Made by a program: the position numbers and the translations under genes. A stretch of 51,495 nucleotides of DNA from positions 1 through 51,495 of the forward strand of contig JBAXIL010000008.1 in assembly GCA_037138355.1 (NCBI GenBank). The letters run 5' to 3'. How positions within the stretch are numbered: the stretch's first letter is position 1; each line of letters starts with the position of its first letter. Shown here in pieces: positions 48,379 to 51,495 of this stretch. The notes under the pieces are model-generated. The model worked only from the letters and a program-made list of their open reading frames with translations, ran no database searches and had not been told where the DNA came from. The stretch is from a bacterium (GTDB taxonomy: Bacteria; Oederibacteriota; PGYV01; Palsa-1178).

Positions 48379-49416
48379 TTATTTTTCAATTATTTTTATA
48401 GTAGTATTATCCTTATTTCCATAAAAGTTTTCAAGTATAACACCAGTTTTTCCATCACTTAAGTTCATACTGTCCCCTGGGTAATACTTGGGGATAGAAC
48501 GCTTAAATTCTTCTACCACCACAGGATCAAATAGTATTCCGCTATTAATTTCAATGTATTTCCAGGCCTCAAATGTGCTGTAGGACTTTCTATGTGGCCT
48601 ATCACTTATAAGAGCATCATAAACATCCGCCAACATTACAATCTTGCTCGCAAGCCCTATTTTATGCCCTTTTAAGCCATTAGGATAGCCACTTCCGTCA
48701 TATCTTTCATGATGTTGCGCTGAGATAAGAGCTGATTTTGCAGGTATGCCGTATGTGTTTCTTGCAATTTCATAACTCAATAATGAATGTTGTTTAAGTT
48801 TTTCCGTTTCTATTGCTGTCAATTTTCTTCGTTCTTTTATGAATTTGTATTGGTTAATTGTTAAATCACACAGCACTGCTCCTATTATCACAGCCTTTAT
48901 ATCTTCACTATTTAAACCCATATTTTGCGCAATCACTCCTGATATACACGCAGTATTTCTTATATGGTACTCCAAATATGTTTCTTTACTTCTGTAGTCC
49001 GAAAAATCATAAACATATTTTGTTTTATTATTAAAGCAAGAAGACATTTCGACTGCCATATACTTTAAAATATGACCGTATGCTATTTTAGTTGAGTTTT
49101 CATTTGAGCCCGATAAGAATCGTTTTATTTCTTTATCATTATACCTATTTAGAATCTCAGAGCTCTTACCATTGGATGTGATATAACACTTTATTATCTT
49201 TAGTAATTCTGCGAGAATTTTTTGTTTATAAACACTATGAACAATCGTTTCATCATCCTTTATAAATATGTGACTGATGTCAGCTTTTTCAAGATTATTT
49301 TTTATTATTTTTTTTAAGATAGCACCTGTTTTTATTAGTTCGTTGCCGTAACAGTCATAAACATCCATGGCTGCTATATCGCCTTCATGTATATCAACGA
49401 GCAGTGTTTTTTTCAA
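48379..49416 (-). CDS. HD-GYP domain protein with degenerate HD motif
   Basis: HHERYDGSGYP.GL.G, ADVYDAL.SDRPHR, FDP; expected LHDIGK reads LCDLTI; TTG start. Confidence 0.85.
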   Translation of the reverse strand: MKKTLLVDIHEGDIAAMDVYDCYGNELIKTGAILKKIIKNNLEKADISHIFIKDDETIVHSVYKQKILAELLKIIKCYITSNGKSSEILNRYNDKEIKRFLSGSNENSTKIAYGHILKYMAVEMSSCFNNKTKYVYDFSDYRSKETYLEYHIRNTACISGVIAQNMGLNSEDIKAVIIGAVLCDLTINQYKFIKERRKLTAIETEKLKQHSLLSYEIARNTYGIPAKSALISAQHHERYDGSGYPNGLKGHKIGLASKIVMLADVYDALISDRPHRKSYSTFEAWKYIEINSGILFDPVVVEEFKRSIPKYYPGDSMNLSDGKTGVILENFYGNKDNTTIKIIEK

Positions 49417-49445
49417 TCATACCTCTTTATATTTCTCTATAAATA

Positions 49446-49476
49446 CCAAAGACACGGCATTAAACCGTGTCTTTGG
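49446..49476 (-). terminator. Terminator-like hairpin after the giant surface protein gene
   Basis: CCAAAGACACGG/CCGTGTCTTTGG 12-bp stem, weak T tail. Confidence 0.7.
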
Positions 49477-49499
49477 CCTTACCATTCCCCTAATATCGT

Positions 49500-51494
49500 C
49501 TATCTTATGATTGACAATTTAACTATTGATGTCTTGCTCTTGCCATTTGATGCATGAGCATTAATTACAACTACATACAATCCAGGTACAACCTGTCTAT
49601 CCGCAATTAGATTCCATGTTACTTTTCCAGCATTGGTGTTATCGCTTAATGTCTTAATAAACTCTCCAGCCAAGTTGTATATCTTTGCTGTTACGACTGT
49701 TCCATTCTTAACATTGTATGTGATGTTTACATTTGTGTTAATTGATTTGTTCACTGGGTTAGGTAATATCTTGATATCTGTCAAGATATTATCATTAGTG
49801 ATATTCAACACAGTAATATTGGTTTCAGCAATTTTAATAGTTGATTCAGCATCAACTATTGCAATCTCTGCTTTGTATGAACCATTTTCTACTACCTGTC
49901 CAAGATCATTTGTTCCATCCCACTGTATTGTCTGGCCCATATATGTGAATACTGCATAAGTAATTGTTCCTGCTATATTGCTTGGCGAGAATACATTATT
50001 ATCAACTGTAAGTACAGTAGAACTTTCATCTGTCAAATAATCAACAGGTATGTGTTTTACTATCTCGCCAGCACTGTTGAATACAAGGAATACCTTGCTA
50101 TCGTTGGTGGTCAATACTGTTACCTGTTTTACAGTAGTGTGATGGAATCCAACCGAGTCAATTACATCAACCTTGACATAGTATATTCCATTCTCTACTA
50201 TTGTATTCTGCTCGTTAGTACCATTCCAAGTTGCAACATCTGTTCCAGCAATAGTTATTGTTACTGTGCTACCATCTGCTGGACTAAATACATCTTTAGA
50301 TAATGTGAAGCCATCAGGTAAGCTATATTCTCTTGTAGCTGACAATTGTTTTACTAACTCACCAGCAGCATTGTAGATAGCAATATTCATCTCATAGTTA
50401 GCAGTTGGTGTAGCTGTTAAGGTTGTGTTATATGTTACAGTTTCTGTAATTGTCTGAGTAATTGTTGCTGTTAATGACTCTGTTACTGTATTTGTCACTG
50501 TGTTAGTTACTGTATTGGTTACTGTGTTAGTTACTGTATTGGTTACTGTGTTAGTTACTGTATTAGTTACTGTGTAAGTATCTGTTACTGTATTAGTTAT
50601 CGTATTAGTTACTGTATCAGTTACTGTGTTAGTCACTGTGTTAGTCACTGTGTTAGTTACTGTATTTGTCACTGTGTTAGTTACTGTGTTTGTCACTGTA
50701 TCTGTAATTGTATTAGTTATCGTGTTAGTAGCTGTATTAGTTACTGTGCTTGTGACTGTATAAGTATCAGTTACTGTATTAGTTACTGTACTTGTCACTG
50801 TATTAGTTGCTGTACTTGTTACTGTATCAGTAATGGTTCCTGTAACTGTGCTGGTAACAGTGTTGGTTACTGTGTTAGTTACTGTGTTTGTTACAGTACT
50901 TGTTACAGTATCGGTCACAGTATTAGTTACTGTGTCTGTTACTGTATATGTATCAGTTACTGTGTTCGTTACTGTGTTAGTCACTGTATTAGTTACCGTA
51001 TCAGTTACTGTATTAGTTACTGTGTTTGTCACTGTGTTAGTTACTGTATTTGTCACTGTATATGTATCAGTTACAGTATCAGACACTGTATTAGTTATAG
51101 TATTTGTCACTGTGTTAGTAACTGTGTTAGTTGCAGTATTTGTTACAGTATCTGTAACTGTGTTAGTTACTGTATCTGTTACTGTGTATGTATTTGTCAC
51201 TGTGTCAGTTACTGTATCAGTTACTGTATTAGTTACTGTGTCAGTTACTGTATCAGTTACTGTATTAGTTACTGTGTCAGTCACTGTATCTGTCACTGTG
51301 TTGGTTACTGTGTATGTATCAGTTACTGTATCAGTTACAGTATTAGTTACTGTGTCAGTTACTGTATTAGTTACTGTGTCAGTTACTGTATCAGTGACTG
51401 TATCAGTTACTGTATCTGTCACTGTGAATGTATCAGTTAATGTGTCGGTTACTGTGTTAGTTACTGTGTCAGTCACTGTGTCAGTTACTGTATC
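49500..51494 (-). CDS. 3' part of a large secreted protein: TVT(N/D) repeat stalk plus three FlgD-Ig/T9SS-CTD-like domains (5' truncated)
   Basis: Frame stays open to the window edge (GAT ACA GTA ACT GAC ACA GTG); three copies of (I/V)(Y/F)N.AGE.(V/I)K...W(N/D)...V..G.Y. Confidence 0.9.
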   Translation of the reverse strand, partial: DTVTDTVTDTVTNTVTDTLTDTFTVTDTVTDTVTDTVTDTVTNTVTDTVTNTVTDTVTDTYTVTNTVTDTVTDTVTNTVTDTVTDTVTNTVTDTVTDTVTNTYTVTDTVTNTVTDTVTNTATNTVTNTVTNTITNTVSDTVTDTYTVTNTVTNTVTNTVTNTVTDTVTNTVTNTVTNTVTDTYTVTDTVTNTVTDTVTSTVTNTVTNTVTNTVTSTVTGTITDTVTSTATNTVTSTVTNTVTDTYTVTSTVTNTATNTITNTITDTVTNTVTNTVTNTVTNTVTNTVTNTVTDTVTNTITNTVTDTYTVTNTVTNTVTNTVTNTVTNTVTNTVTNTVTESLTATITQTITETVTYNTTLTATPTANYEMNIAIYNAAGELVKQLSATREYSLPDGFTLSKDVFSPADGSTVTITIAGTDVATWNGTNEQNTIVENGIYYVKVDVIDSVGFHHTTVKQVTVLTTNDSKVFLVFNSAGEIVKHIPVDYLTDESSTVLTVDNNVFSPSNIAGTITYAVFTYMGQTIQWDGTNDLGQVVENGSYKAEIAIVDAESTIKIAETNITVLNITNDNILTDIKILPNPVNKSINTNVNITYNVKNGTVVTAKIYNLAGEFIKTLSDNTNAGKVTWNLIADRQVVPGLYVVVINAHASNGKSKTSIVKLSIIR

Positions 51495-51495
51495 A
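50481..51495 (-). repeat. Coding 12-nt tandem repeat ACA-GTR-ACW-RAY (T-V-T-N/D)
   Basis: About 1 kb, roughly 80 units, with silent-site variation; continues beyond the window. Confidence 0.95.

Overview
AT-rich bacterial chromosomal segment with almost every gene on the minus strand. Lipoproteins and probable outer-membrane beta-barrels suggest a diderm. Secreted proteins with (T-x)n stalks and FlgD/T9SS-like C-terminal domains suggest a Goldbacteria/Firestonebacteria-like candidate lineage (inference only). Left to right: an accessory array of four lipoproteins plus a small CxxC protein downstream of tRNA-Asp and tRNA-Val; a ~15.6 kb housekeeping run (hisC-aroF-tyrA-aroA-plsC-ispH-rpsA-rex-thrS-radA-PIN/TRAM-ispD-ispF-cysS-rlmB); a KimA-like K+ transporter with a long structured leader; purSQLF and a divergent cvpA; hisDCBHAF, hisI-trpE-trpG and an FN3/barrel protein; recX-alaS-ruvX-mltG-barrel-rnr; parAB; a degenerate HD-GYP protein; and the 3' part of a large surface protein with >330 residues of TVT(N/D) repeat and three Ig-like sorting-type domains. 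No CRISPR array, rRNA, integrase or transposase was seen. The best leads are a candidate non-c-di-AMP regulatory RNA before the K+ transporter, a switch-like leader before hisC, the Thr-stalk surface-display system, and a bS1 protein whose RNA-binding residues appear replaced.
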